Of a stretch of 55,004 bases of DNA, positions 39,733 to 49,476 are shown in pieces. Source of the stretch: Salinivirgaceae bacterium (GTDB lineage Bacteria > Bacteroidota > Bacteroidia > Bacteroidales > SZUA-534); the NCBI GenBank assembly GCA_030620515.1, contig JAUXEM010000003.1, positions 1-55,004 on the forward strand, in the 5' to 3' direction. The number at the start of each line of letters is the position of its first letter. Position 1 is the stretch's first letter. A model generated the notes under the pieces. The model made no database searches and was not told the origin of the DNA. It saw nothing but the letters and a program-made list of their open reading frames with translations. The translations under genes and the position numbers were made by a program.

Positions 39733-40500
39733 CTAATCCTGCAAAAAGTTATCTAATAAACCAGAACTTTCTTTTCGAGCATTTTTTCCTCGTGGCGAAA
39801 CAGCTTGAATAAGTTTACTAATTGGCATGCTTTGTAACCAAACCTTTCCTGTTCCTTGCAAAGTGGCTAAAAAGATTCCCTCGCCACCAAAAACCATGCT
39901 TTTTAACCCACCGGCTTTTTGAATATCGTAATTAATTGAATCTTCAAAACCAACAATACAACCGGTATCAACTTTAATTGCTTCACCATTAAGCTGACGT
40001 TCAACAACTGTACCTCCAGCATGAATAAAAGCTCTTCCATCACCTTCAAGTTTCTGAAGAATAAATCCTTCTCCTCCAAAAAATCCTGCACCAATTCTTT
40101 TATTCAACGTAACCGAAACTTTGGTTCCAAGCGCAGCACATAAAAAAGCATCCTTTTGTACAATTACTCGGTTATTATGCTTACTAAGTTCTATAGGAAT
40201 AATAGATCCGGGATAAGGTGCGGAAAAGGAAACATGTTTTTTGCCTAATCCTTGATTTGTAAAATGTGTGAGAAATAAGGACTCCCCTGTTAAAGCACGT
40301 GCACCAGCTTGAAAAACCTTGCCCATAAATCCTTGGTTGGGTTCACTCCCATCGCCCATTTTTGTTTCAAAATTAATGCCATCGTCCATATACATCATGG
40401 CACCAGCTTCGGCAATTACCGTTTCCTGTGGATCAAGCTCTATCTCTACTAATTGAATATCATGACCAATAATTTTGTAATCTACTTCGTGGCTTTGCAT
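39733..40500 (-). CDS. TIGR00266/AIM24-family protein
   Basis: [33 protein letters not shown]. Confidence 0.9.
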   Translation of the reverse strand: MQSHEVDYKIIGHDIQLVEIELDPQETVIAEAGAMMYMDDGINFETKMGDGSEPNQGFMGKVFQAGARALTGESLFLTHFTNQGLGKKHVSFSAPYPGSIIPIELSKHNNRVIVQKDAFLCAALGTKVSVTLNKRIGAGFFGGEGFILQKLEGDGRAFIHAGGTVVERQLNGEAIKVDTGCIVGFEDSINYDIQKAGGLKSMVFGGEGIFLATLQGTGKVWLQSMPISKLIQAVSPRGKNARKESSGLLDNFLQD

Positions 40501-40711
40501 ACTTATTAAGTTTTGAGATTAAAATATAAATTTACACATATCAGATGTACTAAACACTGAATTGGATACAGAAAAAGATAAATTTTTAAGAATATTAATT
40601 CTCACCTAACAAACCATCTAATGGAGAAGAATAAGTAATCTGCTTTCCAAACTCAATAGCCTGTTCCATTGTATAATCATGGTGCTTTATTAAATACTGG
40701 AATTGGTTTTG

Positions 40712-40867
40712 TTATCTTTTTGTTAAACAAGGCGAGCAAACCATGACAAGTGCAATAAATAAACCTGAGCTAATACATAAAATATCACGCTTAGCATCAT
40801 GCTTTTTTTTATAACATGGCACACATATTGCCGTACATGTAAGTATAGTTAAAAAGTTTTTTTTCAT
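40712..40867 (-). pseudogene. 51-aa Cys-rich small ORF or decayed gene fragment
   Basis: ATG follows AACCAATTAACCC; MKKNFLTILTCTAICVPCY...CSPCLTKR*; contains two A8 runs. Confidence 0.25.
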
Positions 40868-40882
40868 GGGTTAATTGGTTTA

Positions 40883-40919
40883 GAAACCCCGTTCATTTCG
40901 CTCGAAATGACGGGGTTTC
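40883..40919. repeat. Strong GC-rich hairpin
   Basis: GAAACCCCGT(T)CATTTCG-CT-CGAAATGACGGGGTTTC. Confidence 0.7.
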
Positions 40920-41137
40920 GTTTTTATATCCCTTTATGCTATGAGCCACCCTGACACTTTAACATCAGTTTATTCCATACTTTTCCATGCATTTTCGTTG
41001 ATAATTAACTAGTCCTCGTTTTCTATTATTGAGATTATATACTATTTCTATCATTCATTAAAACATAAATCCCGCCACTATGTTATTATTGAAGTTTATT
41101 TAATAGTTATTATATTGGCACAAAAAAATTGACAATG

Positions 41138-41902
41138 ATGAAAATAGTTTCCTGGAATGTTAATGGAGTAAGAGCAGTCGCAAAAAAAAATTTTTTTAAC
41201 GATTTTGAGAAAATGGATGCAGATGTTTTGTGTTTGCAAGAAACAAAAGCTCAAGATGATCAGGTAAAAGAAACACTGGCTTCTCTATTTGGTTATCACA
41301 TTTACTCAAATTCAGCCGAGAAAAAAGGCTATTCGGGAACAGCAATAATTTCAAAAACAGTGCCTTTAAATGTAACTAAAGACATTGGCATTACCGAGCA
41401 CGATAAGGAGGGTAGAGTGCTTTGTGCAGAATATGAAAAATTCTTTGTTATTACAGTATATGTGCCGAATTCAAAAAATGACTTATCGCGCCTTGATGAC
41501 AGACAAAATTTCGATAAAGCTTTTTTCAATTATTTAAAGAATCTTGAAAAATTGAAACCCGTTATTGTTTGTGGCGACTTTAATGTGGCACATAAAGCCA
41601 TTGATTTAGCCCGACCAAAACCAAACTACAATAAATCGGCCGGATTTATGCAAGAAGAAATTGATGGTATGGATCGCTACACTCAAGGTGGATTTGTAGA
41701 TACTTTCCGACACTTTATTGGTGACTCTCCAGATAAATATTCATGGTGGAGCTACCGAGCTGGTGCACGAGGCAATAATGTAGGCTGGAGAATTGATTAT
41801 TTTTTGGCAAGTGAATCTTTGGTACCACAAATAGCAAATGCAAGTATTTTAAATGAGGTTATGGGTTCCGATCACTGCCCAGTTGCCATTGAATTGAAAT
41901 AA
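41138..41902 (+). CDS. xth: Exodeoxyribonuclease III (AP endonuclease)
   Basis: SWNVNG, LQETK, GDFNVAH, GWRIDY, GSDHCP. Confidence 0.95.
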   Translation: MKIVSWNVNGVRAVAKKNFFNDFEKMDADVLCLQETKAQDDQVKETLASLFGYHIYSNSAEKKGYSGTAIISKTVPLNVTKDIGITEHDKEGRVLCAEYEKFFVITVYVPNSKNDLSRLDDRQNFDKAFFNYLKNLEKLKPVIVCGDFNVAHKAIDLARPKPNYNKSAGFMQEEIDGMDRYTQGGFVDTFRHFIGDSPDKYSWWSYRAGARGNNVGWRIDYFLASESLVPQIANASILNEVMGSDHCPVAIELK

Positions 41903-41972
41903 TTTGCTGTAATTTGTTTGCTTTGTTTGAAAAATTATACTTTTGCACATCTACATGTATAGATATATCGAT

Positions 41973-42686
41973 ATGACAAAAATATTATTTCTGCTTGCCT
42001 TTTCTGTTTTTTTAATATTAAACGCAAATGCACAAACAGTACAGCATATTAATGCTACTTCTTTTTCTAAGCTAATAAAAACTCAACAAGGACTTATTCT
42101 TGATGTTAGAACAGAACAAGAATACTCAAGAGGCCATATTGATGGATCCACATTAATAAGTACTTCAGATCCTAAGTTTGCCGAGAAAGCAAGCCTGTTG
42201 CAAAAAGACAAACCAATATATGTTTATTGCCTAACAGGTAGTCGTAGCTATGCCGTAGTAAATTATTTGAGTCAAATAGGATTTTCAAAATTATATAATT
42301 TACAAAAAGGCATACTTGAATGGCATCAGTTGGGTTACAAAATTGTGCAAAGTTGCGTTGTTGCTGTAAGCGAGAGTAGAACTTATAATACCAGCGAATT
42401 TAATACGCTAATAAAATCGTCGAATATTGTATTGGTTAATTTTAGTGCATCGTGGTGCGCTCCGTGTAAAAAACTAGCTCCAACTATTGAAAGTATAAAA
42501 AGCAATTTTGGCAGTAAAATTAAGGTTGAGAAAGTAGATGTCGAAAGCAATAAAGATTTGCAAACATCATGTAATGTACAATCCATTCCTGGCTTAATTC
42601 TATACAAAAACGGGAAAGAATATTGGAGGCATACAGGATTAATAAGTTACGATGAACTTTCTAAAAAAATTAATGTCCATTTATAA
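41973..42686 (+). CDS. Exported rhodanese-thioredoxin fusion protein
   Basis: Signal peptide; LDVRT..EY..GHI and YCLTGSRS, then WCAPC and SIP. Confidence 0.85.
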   Translation: MTKILFLLAFSVFLILNANAQTVQHINATSFSKLIKTQQGLILDVRTEQEYSRGHIDGSTLISTSDPKFAEKASLLQKDKPIYVYCLTGSRSYAVVNYLSQIGFSKLYNLQKGILEWHQLGYKIVQSCVVAVSESRTYNTSEFNTLIKSSNIVLVNFSASWCAPCKKLAPTIESIKSNFGSKIKVEKVDVESNKDLQTSCNVQSIPGLILYKNGKEYWRHTGLISYDELSKKINVHL

Positions 42687-42697
42687 TATTCCAATAA

Positions 42698-44338
42698 ATG
42701 CATAATTCTGACAAACCATTACCAAAGTACTTTATTAAATTTAACAGCCCCATAAATACTATACCATTACCTGAACAATTTACTTTTCCCTTTAACTATC
42801 AGCCACATAAACTATGCCTTATTGCTGCAAAAGAGTTGCAAAAAAATTTATCGAAAACTAAGTCTAAAGGCAAAATGTATGGTGTACTTGTAGTAAAATC
42901 TAGTAATGATATAATTGGCTACTTAGCTGCATTTTCGGGTAATAATAGTAAAGAATCCTTTCCAAATTTTGTGCCTTCAGTTTTTAATTTTTCTGATAAA
43001 GAAAGCTTTTATAGAAAAGGTGAAGCAGAGCTAGATAATATAAGTGTAGAAATAAAAACGCTTGAAAATTCAAAGCAGCTTTTAGAAATAGTAAACAAAA
43101 TTAAAGAAACAAAAGAAAGAGCTGCCACAGAATTAGATCAACTAAAAAAAGAGTTGAAAACGAGCAAAGTTGAAAGAGCTAACTTACGTAAAACGCATAA
43201 TGATTCTAATCAGAAAGAAGCCGTTTTTAAGGAATTGGAAAATCAGAGTAAGCGGCAGAAAAGCATTTTAAACCAACAGAAAAAATTCTGGAAGCTAGAA
43301 TTGGAAAATGTAGAAAGTGTCTATGCTAATTTACAGATAGAAATAACAGATTTAAAGACGGAAAGAAAAACTAAATCAGCCAAATTGCAACAGCAATTGT
43401 TTAGCTCTTACAATTTGTTAAACGCTAAACAAGAAGCTAAAAATTTACTTTCGATATTTTCTGACTATAACAATACAATACCACCTGCTGCAGCAGGGGA
43501 GTGTGCTGCACCAAAATTATTGCAATATGCTTTTAAAAACGAATTACAACCCATTGCCTTAGCTGAGTTTTGGTGGGGACCATCACCAATGTCAGCTGTA
43601 CGTAAACAAGGATACTTTTACTCTGCCTGTCAATCAAAATGTAAACCAGTACTAAGCCATATGCTTAAAGGCTTACATATTGAACAGAACCCTTTAAACC
43701 AAGTTGATACTACTGCCAAAATATTTGAGAAAGTATTTGAAGATATTCATATACTTGTAATAAATAAACCTTTTGGCTTATTGTCAGTTCCAGGTAAAAC
43801 CAATAACGACAGTGTCTATAATCAAGTTAAGTGCGCTTACCCTAATGCAAGCGGACCCTTAATTGTTCATCGTTTAGACATGGCTACATCGGGCTTAATG
43901 ATAATTGCCAAAACTAAAGAAGCACATTCTGTATTGCAAAAGCAATTTGCAAAACGCACAGTAAAAAAACAATATGTTGCTTTACTTAAAGGCAAGCTTA
44001 TTAAAGATAAAGGAACCATAAATTTACCATTACGCGTAGACTTAGATGATAGGCCACGTCAGCTTGTTTGTGAAACTCATGGGAAACCTGCACTAACAAA
44101 ATGGAAAACATTGAGTTGTGAAAACGGAATAACAAGAATACAGTTTATTCCTATAACAGGTCGCACACATCAATTACGCGTTCATGCGGCTCATAAAGAT
44201 GGATTAAATTGTGCAATTATTGGCGATGAACTTTATGGCGAAAAAGCCGATCGTTTATATTTACATGCCGAAAGTATTGAAATTCAGCATCCTGAGTCTG
44301 GAGAAACTTTGTGCTTTACAAAAAAAGCAGAATTTTAA
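42698..44338 (+). CDS. RluA-family pseudouridine synthase with N-terminal coiled-coil extension
   Basis: GECAAPKLL, VHRLDMATSG, TGRTHQLRVH. Confidence 0.92.
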   Translation: MHNSDKPLPKYFIKFNSPINTIPLPEQFTFPFNYQPHKLCLIAAKELQKNLSKTKSKGKMYGVLVVKSSNDIIGYLAAFSGNNSKESFPNFVPSVFNFSDKESFYRKGEAELDNISVEIKTLENSKQLLEIVNKIKETKERAATELDQLKKELKTSKVERANLRKTHNDSNQKEAVFKELENQSKRQKSILNQQKKFWKLELENVESVYANLQIEITDLKTERKTKSAKLQQQLFSSYNLLNAKQEAKNLLSIFSDYNNTIPPAAAGECAAPKLLQYAFKNELQPIALAEFWWGPSPMSAVRKQGYFYSACQSKCKPVLSHMLKGLHIEQNPLNQVDTTAKIFEKVFEDIHILVINKPFGLLSVPGKTNNDSVYNQVKCAYPNASGPLIVHRLDMATSGLMIIAKTKEAHSVLQKQFAKRTVKKQYVALLKGKLIKDKGTINLPLRVDLDDRPRQLVCETHGKPALTKWKTLSCENGITRIQFIPITGRTHQLRVHAAHKDGLNCAIIGDELYGEKADRLYLHAESIEIQHPESGETLCFTKKAEF

Positions 44339-44348
44339 ATGCCAAAGA

Positions 44349-44840
44349 TTACTTAGCAACTCTAAAAGTGAAATGCTTTTGTACGGTATAGCTAAATACA
44401 ATTACTATTAGTGTTGTAACAATTTTCGAAAAAGTTGGGTACCATAAAAAGTGCTCCACAAAAAGTTTTAAGAAAAAGTAGTTAAGAAGAATACTTCCAG
44501 ATACTGACATACCATACCTAAGAATTTGAATACGCTTACGTAGATAAGAACCTGGAAAACTTATAAACTTTGCCAATAAAAATCCCACCGGAAAAGTAAT
44601 TACAAACGACATTAGAAAAGCCGCAATATGTGGTGATACGGCATACATCCCAAAATATACAATTTCCTTATCGAGAATATAATTATAAGCTATAAAATAT
44701 AAAAAGATATCTAATACGGTATTAAAGCCTCCTGTTGCTGCATACTTAAATGTTTGTTTAGGCATGAATTTTTTAAATGGTGGGTAAAACCACAACACCA
44801 TATTTTCAATAAATTGTATAAAATTATAAAATAGCTTCAT
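44349..44840 (-). CDS. GtrA-family membrane protein
   Basis: FKYAATGGFNTVLD and four TM helices; ATG 44840 lies downstream of a TATATTTG promoter (44859-66). Confidence 0.85.
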   Translation of the reverse strand: MKLFYNFIQFIENMVLWFYPPFKKFMPKQTFKYAATGGFNTVLDIFLYFIAYNYILDKEIVYFGMYAVSPHIAAFLMSFVITFPVGFLLAKFISFPGSYLRKRIQILRYGMSVSGSILLNYFFLKLFVEHFLWYPTFSKIVTTLIVIVFSYTVQKHFTFRVAK

Positions 44841-45005
44841 GATATGAGTTTTCAGGCGCAAATATATAATTTTATGTTTACATATGACATTTGTAGTTTT
44901 TTTGAACTTCATTTCCGCTCTTTTGTGAACACCAAAGCACACAGCTTTAATAATAACATCACTTGATGGAAAGAGTCTGCAAAATAAAAAAACCAATTCA
45001 AATTA

Positions 45006-45035
45006 ACCGTTTACAGACAATTACGACCGCTTAAC
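45006..45035 (+). promoter_or_regulatory. Direct repeat ACCGyTTA with 20-nt period (possible regulator site)
   Basis: ACCGTTTA at 45006 and ACCGCTTA at 45026, upstream of the esterase gene. Confidence 0.35.
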
Positions 45036-45147
45036 GAATTCTCGTTTTATAATTCCACTATTTGTTGGAAATTTAGTAAAGTATTGCATCACAACAACTA
45101 TTATGCAGAAACAATTTTATTAACTAAGAATCTTAAATTAAAGAACT

Positions 45148-46323
45148 ATGAAAAATTCACACTCAAGTAGAATTATGCTGCTTATTGCGGCAATGTTTAT
45201 CTCAATTAGCTTCTCGTTTGCTCAGAAAAAGGCACACACTTTTAATAGCGAAAAACACACGCTTACATCAAAAGTATTAAACGAAGAACGTGTTGTCTCC
45301 GTTTATTTGCCAGGAAATTATAAAACCTCAGCCCAAAATTTTTCAGTTATTTATTTGCTAGATGGCAGAAGCCATGCTCAGCATGCACAAGGAGCTTTAG
45401 GGTATCTATCCGCTGGTGGACAAATTCCTCAGTCAATTATTGTTGCCGTACATAATGTGGATCGCAATCGAGATTTTTCACCTGTCCATGTAGACAAAAT
45501 TCCAACCTCAGGTGGAGCCGATAAATTCTTAACCTATCTTTCGGATGAATTAACCCCTTTTATAAATAAAAGCTACCGCACTTCCGATTTTAACATTTTA
45601 GTAGGTCATTCTTTTGGAGGAACTTTTGCTGTTCATGCTTTATTAACAAAACCAGAACTGTTCGATGCTTATGTAGCAATTAGTCCTGCCTTGCACTATG
45701 CTGACAATTATTTAGTTAATAGATCAAAAACCGATTTAAAATCATCCTATAAAGGACAAAAATACTTTTACATGACTGTAGGTGACGAGCCAAATTATTT
45801 TGAGCCATTAAAAGAATTTGCTTCGCTGGTAAAAGAAAAAAGCGGTGATGCCATTAGTTTCAACTACACAAAGATGATGGACGAAGATCATGGGTCAATA
45901 CCTTATGTGTCGTTATATAAAGGAGTACAGTATGCTTTTTCTGAATGGAAGCTATCCAAAGAATCATTTATGGCTGGCTTAGAATCTATCGATAAGCATT
46001 ATGCAAGAGTTTCGCTAAAGTATGGAAATACTGTTGCTACACCTGAGATGGTAATAAACAAACTAGGTTACTATTATATAGGGGAGAATAATTATTCTAG
46101 TGCCATTACTGTTTTAAAAGAAAATACTAAACGTTTCCCAAAATCGGCTAATGTTTACGATAGCTTAGGCGATGCTTACGAAGGAAATGACCAAATGAGT
46201 TTAGCTGCTGAAAGTTTCAAGAATGCATGCAAAATTGGAAAAGAAACAGGAGATAAAAACTTGGCTGTTTATGAAAAAAACTGTAAAAGAGTACAGGAAA
46301 AGTTATCGGCATCAAATAAATAG
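45148..46323 (+). CDS. Exported alpha/beta-hydrolase (IroE-like esterase) with C-terminal TPR
   Basis: YLLDG, GHSFGG nucleophile elbow, EDHGSI, SANVYDSLGDAY. Confidence 0.88.
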   Translation: MKNSHSSRIMLLIAAMFISISFSFAQKKAHTFNSEKHTLTSKVLNEERVVSVYLPGNYKTSAQNFSVIYLLDGRSHAQHAQGALGYLSAGGQIPQSIIVAVHNVDRNRDFSPVHVDKIPTSGGADKFLTYLSDELTPFINKSYRTSDFNILVGHSFGGTFAVHALLTKPELFDAYVAISPALHYADNYLVNRSKTDLKSSYKGQKYFYMTVGDEPNYFEPLKEFASLVKEKSGDAISFNYTKMMDEDHGSIPYVSLYKGVQYAFSEWKLSKESFMAGLESIDKHYARVSLKYGNTVATPEMVINKLGYYYIGENNYSSAITVLKENTKRFPKSANVYDSLGDAYEGNDQMSLAAESFKNACKIGKETGDKNLAVYEKNCKRVQEKLSASNK

Positions 46324-46353
46324 TCTTTAATTCAGATAATAAAAGCACATTAC

Positions 46354-46391
46354 CAAGGCAAAGCTATGGCATATGCCATAGCTTTGCCTTG
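46354..46391. repeat. Perfect 38-bp palindrome
   Basis: CAAGGCAAAGCTATGGCAT|ATGCCATAGCTTTGCCTTG. Confidence 0.95.
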
Positions 46392-46927
46392 CAATTGGTA
46401 TTTAGGGTTTGCTGAAAAATGTAAACCAAACTAATATTCAGGAATTTAATGTTTGATGTTAAATGCAAGCTTTATTGCACCTGCTATTTAAAAACATTGC
46501 ATTTGTTACTCAATTTATTTTTGTTGACAAATAGATCTAACATGCTGATTATTAGTAAATAACTGAAATTTAATTCTTTGAAAGTTTGTTTTAAGATTGT
46601 AAGGTTTTATTTTTACGTGGTATGTATAATGCACACGGACTGTAAAATTCAATTAATAGGCTTGCTTAATACATTATTGTAATATCAGATATCTGTTTTT
46701 CCATATTTTTACCGAATTAAATTCCCAATTTTAATTACTTTTTGTTCAAGCGTCCCACTTCAATTTTTAATTTGGTTTGTGCAAAAGATGTTTATCAAAA
46801 TCGGAAGTTATTTTTGAGTGAACACTCAGTGTTTTATTATTTGCAAAATGAACAAGAAAAATTGGGCAAATAGAGCCTATGCTTTTTATCTTATTTCTTT
46901 TTTATATGGATATTTTTGTAAGAATAC

Positions 46928-47091
46928 AGCGGCTGTCAAAAGAGTTAGCATTATTAGTTATTGCGAGGAATAATAGCTTGTCCCGTATTTTCGGGAACGA
47001 AGTAATCTGTTGATAAACAAACCAAATAGAGTGCTTCATTAGCCTTTGGCTAAACTGCAATAACAAAAACCAAACTTTTTAAACAGCCGCT
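46928..47091. mobile_element. MITE-like palindromic element, copy B
   Basis: 19-bp terminal inverted repeats (16/19) AGCGGCTGTCAAAAGAGTT / AACTTTTTAAACAGCCGCT; internal GTTATTGCGAGGA...TGCAATAAC. Confidence 0.65.
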
Positions 47092-47112
47092 TTAATATCT
47101 CTTGCTTCTATA

Positions 47113-48135
47113 TTATTCAATAATTGTATTCCAATTAAATTTATCTTTAATATCACCTAACTGAATGCCAGTAAGCTTTTTGTATAAATCGGTACAAACG
47201 GGACCTGCAGTTCCATCTGGTCTAAACATATATTCAGTACCATCTTTTTGCAAATCAACAATTCTTTTAATTGGAGATATTACGGCTGCTGTTCCACAGG
47301 CACCACACTCTTCAAATTCAGCTAATTCTTCCACAGCAACAGGTCTGCGTTCTACTGTCATACCAGAATCTTTAGCAATATCCATTAAGCATCTATTTGT
47401 AATACTTGGTAATATCGATTCCGACTTTGGCGTAACATATGTATTGTTTTTTATACCAAAGAAATTGGCTGGACCACATTCGTCAATATACTTTTTCTCT
47501 TTTGCATCTAAGTATAATGCTGCAGCAAAGCCATTATCATGTGCTTTTCCACCCGAAACTAGACTTGCAGCATAATTACCACCAACTTTATACACTCCAG
47601 TTCCAAGAGGAGCGGCTCTGTCAGAATCTCTTACAATTTGAACATCAACAGGCTTAAAACCTTCTTTAAAGTATGGACCTACTGGAATACCAAATACCAT
47701 AAATAAGTATTCGCTTGCAGCCTTAACACCAACTTGTGCACCAGTACCAATTAATAATGGGCGCAAATAGAAGGCTGCTCCTTTTCCATAAGGAGGCATA
47801 AACTCTGAGTTTAGTAGAATTGTTCTTTTACAAGCTTCGAAAAATATATCAGCAGGTACTTCTGGCATCATAATACCATTGGCTGAATTTACCATACGTT
47901 TATGGTTTTCTTCCCAGCGGAAAAGTCTTACTTTATCGTCTTTACCTTTAAATGCTTTTAATCCTTCAAAAGCTTCTTGCCCATAATGCAAACAAGTAGC
48001 AGCCATGTGAATTGGAATGTTCTCATCTGAAGAAACCTCTAGTTCACCCCATTTTCCATTTTTATAGTAACATCTAATATTATAATTGGTTGCAGAGTAA
48101 GCAAACGATAATTTTTCCCATTCAATATTTTTCAT
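47113..48135 (-). CDS. ilvE: Branched-chain amino acid aminotransferase
   Basis: LHYGQEAFEGLKA, YKVGGNYAAS, ILPSIT, CGTAAVISP. Confidence 0.96.
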   Translation of the reverse strand: MKNIEWEKLSFAYSATNYNIRCYYKNGKWGELEVSSDENIPIHMAATCLHYGQEAFEGLKAFKGKDDKVRLFRWEENHKRMVNSANGIMMPEVPADIFFEACKRTILLNSEFMPPYGKGAAFYLRPLLIGTGAQVGVKAASEYLFMVFGIPVGPYFKEGFKPVDVQIVRDSDRAAPLGTGVYKVGGNYAASLVSGGKAHDNGFAAALYLDAKEKKYIDECGPANFFGIKNNTYVTPKSESILPSITNRCLMDIAKDSGMTVERRPVAVEELAEFEECGACGTAAVISPIKRIVDLQKDGTEYMFRPDGTAGPVCTDLYKKLTGIQLGDIKDKFNWNTIIE

Positions 48136-48519
48136 AAAATAAATAGTTTAATAAGTTAGTATTAGGCTTTGTTTTGTATGCCAGTTAAGCTAAAATGGTT
48201 AATAAACTACAAATAATGCGATGTAGAATGTCGCCTTATTTAGCGGAACAAAAGTAATTATTATTAAAATGTTGTCAATACCATTAATGATGTTAAAAAA
48301 TAGGTGTGATTACATTTAAAGAATTAGGATTCAAGTAAGAGTTTTGCTTTTTTATAATTTAGATTATTTATAAGGGTATAATTTTCCGAGGCATGCCACG
48401 TATTTTTTCTGAAATTTGGTTTTCCCCGCCTAGCCAGTCTGACAGGTTGAATTTTAATACCTTGTGGGTCTGTCTTATTTATTCTTTTTGAGGTTTGCCT
48501 TGAGGTAATTTACTAAAAT

Positions 48520-48549
48520 AAAAAAGCCTCGTATTAACGAGGCTTTTTT
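48520..48549. terminator. Symmetric intrinsic terminator after the usp gene
   Basis: AAAAAAGCCTCGT-loop-ACGAGGCTTTTTT. Confidence 0.85.
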
Positions 48550-48594
48550 ATTTTTAGTTTTTATACTTACTACTAAAAAATCATGGCTCAATTT

Positions 48595-49434
48595 TTATCT
48601 AAAACCACCATATTTAATTATTTGAGTGTTGCGATTTATTACCATAATTGGAATTCGTTCATCGTAATCTGGTTTTTCAACAAGAAACTGTTTGTATTTT
48701 TTAACCATCATAACAATTAAATCAGAATCAATCATTTCGGCAAAACGTAGAACCTCGTCTTCAAATACTTTATTCTTTTTGGCTGTTTTAATACCGTAAA
48801 TAATATTCTTTTTGTCGAGAGTCCTTTTTGTAAAGTAAATATTGTTAATCATATCTTTCTTTCTTGATTCATCGGTAAGATATGGCTTAATAATATTAAT
48901 GTTGCAGTTGTAGTATTTTGAAAGATACACTACCCAATGTAGAGTTTCTTTATACGTTTTATCATCGTCTATTGGTATAACTATTTCCTTATAATAATTA
49001 TGGGCAGGTTTTTCCTGAGCAATTACAAAAGGTATATCCAGTCCACCAAAGCGTTTTACTACTCCTTGTGGGTTAAACGAAAGCTTGTCGTTAACTTTAT
49101 ATGATTTACCTATAATTACCAAGTTTGCGTTTGCTTCTCGCACAAGTTTATTAACATTTGAACGTGTAGTGCCTAATTCTACAGCAAGAAATGGGTTTGT
49201 ACCATGTTCTTCTGCTATTCGCTTACCAACTACTGCAAGCTTTTCTTTTTCAGCGGCAATAAGTTTTTCTTTTACTGCTTTTCCTGCAAATAAGCCAGGT
49301 TTTTCGACAAATCGAACCAACATTATGTAATTGTTCACTTCCTTGGCAAGCTGAACACCGTGTTGCAAAGCAACCTCTGAGGATTCTGAGTAGTCCCAAG
49401 GTATTAAAATCACGTCTTTTCTATTTCTTGCCAT
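48595..49434 (-). CDS. Universal stress protein (tandem USP domains)
   Basis: ILIPWDYSESS..AL, KEIVIPID, SDLIVMM. Confidence 0.82.
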   Translation of the reverse strand: MARNRKDVILIPWDYSESSEVALQHGVQLAKEVNNYIMLVRFVEKPGLFAGKAVKEKLIAAEKEKLAVVGKRIAEEHGTNPFLAVELGTTRSNVNKLVREANANLVIIGKSYKVNDKLSFNPQGVVKRFGGLDIPFVIAQEKPAHNYYKEIVIPIDDDKTYKETLHWVVYLSKYYNCNINIIKPYLTDESRKKDMINNIYFTKRTLDKKNIIYGIKTAKKNKVFEDEVLRFAEMIDSDLIVMMVKKYKQFLVEKPDYDERIPIMVINRNTQIIKYGGFR

Positions 49435-49476
49435 AGCTAAAAGATTATTGTTTGTTGTTTTAATATTATTACAAAT

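Noticed and set aside
40930-41010. SAM-I riboswitch suggested by TTATCAA on the minus strand
   Set aside because: Lacks the conserved GAGGGA, GGCAACC and GGTGC core and the closing GATAA pairing.
44841-44996. N-terminal extensions called by the ORF track (also 28392, 31934, 37253, 41129, 41943)
   Set aside because: They use non-ATG starts that overlap promoter or repeat elements; downstream ATGs match the family N-termini.
46400-46920. Possible IS remnant in the esterase-ilvE gap
   Set aside because: No transposase-like frame or paired ends that I could support.
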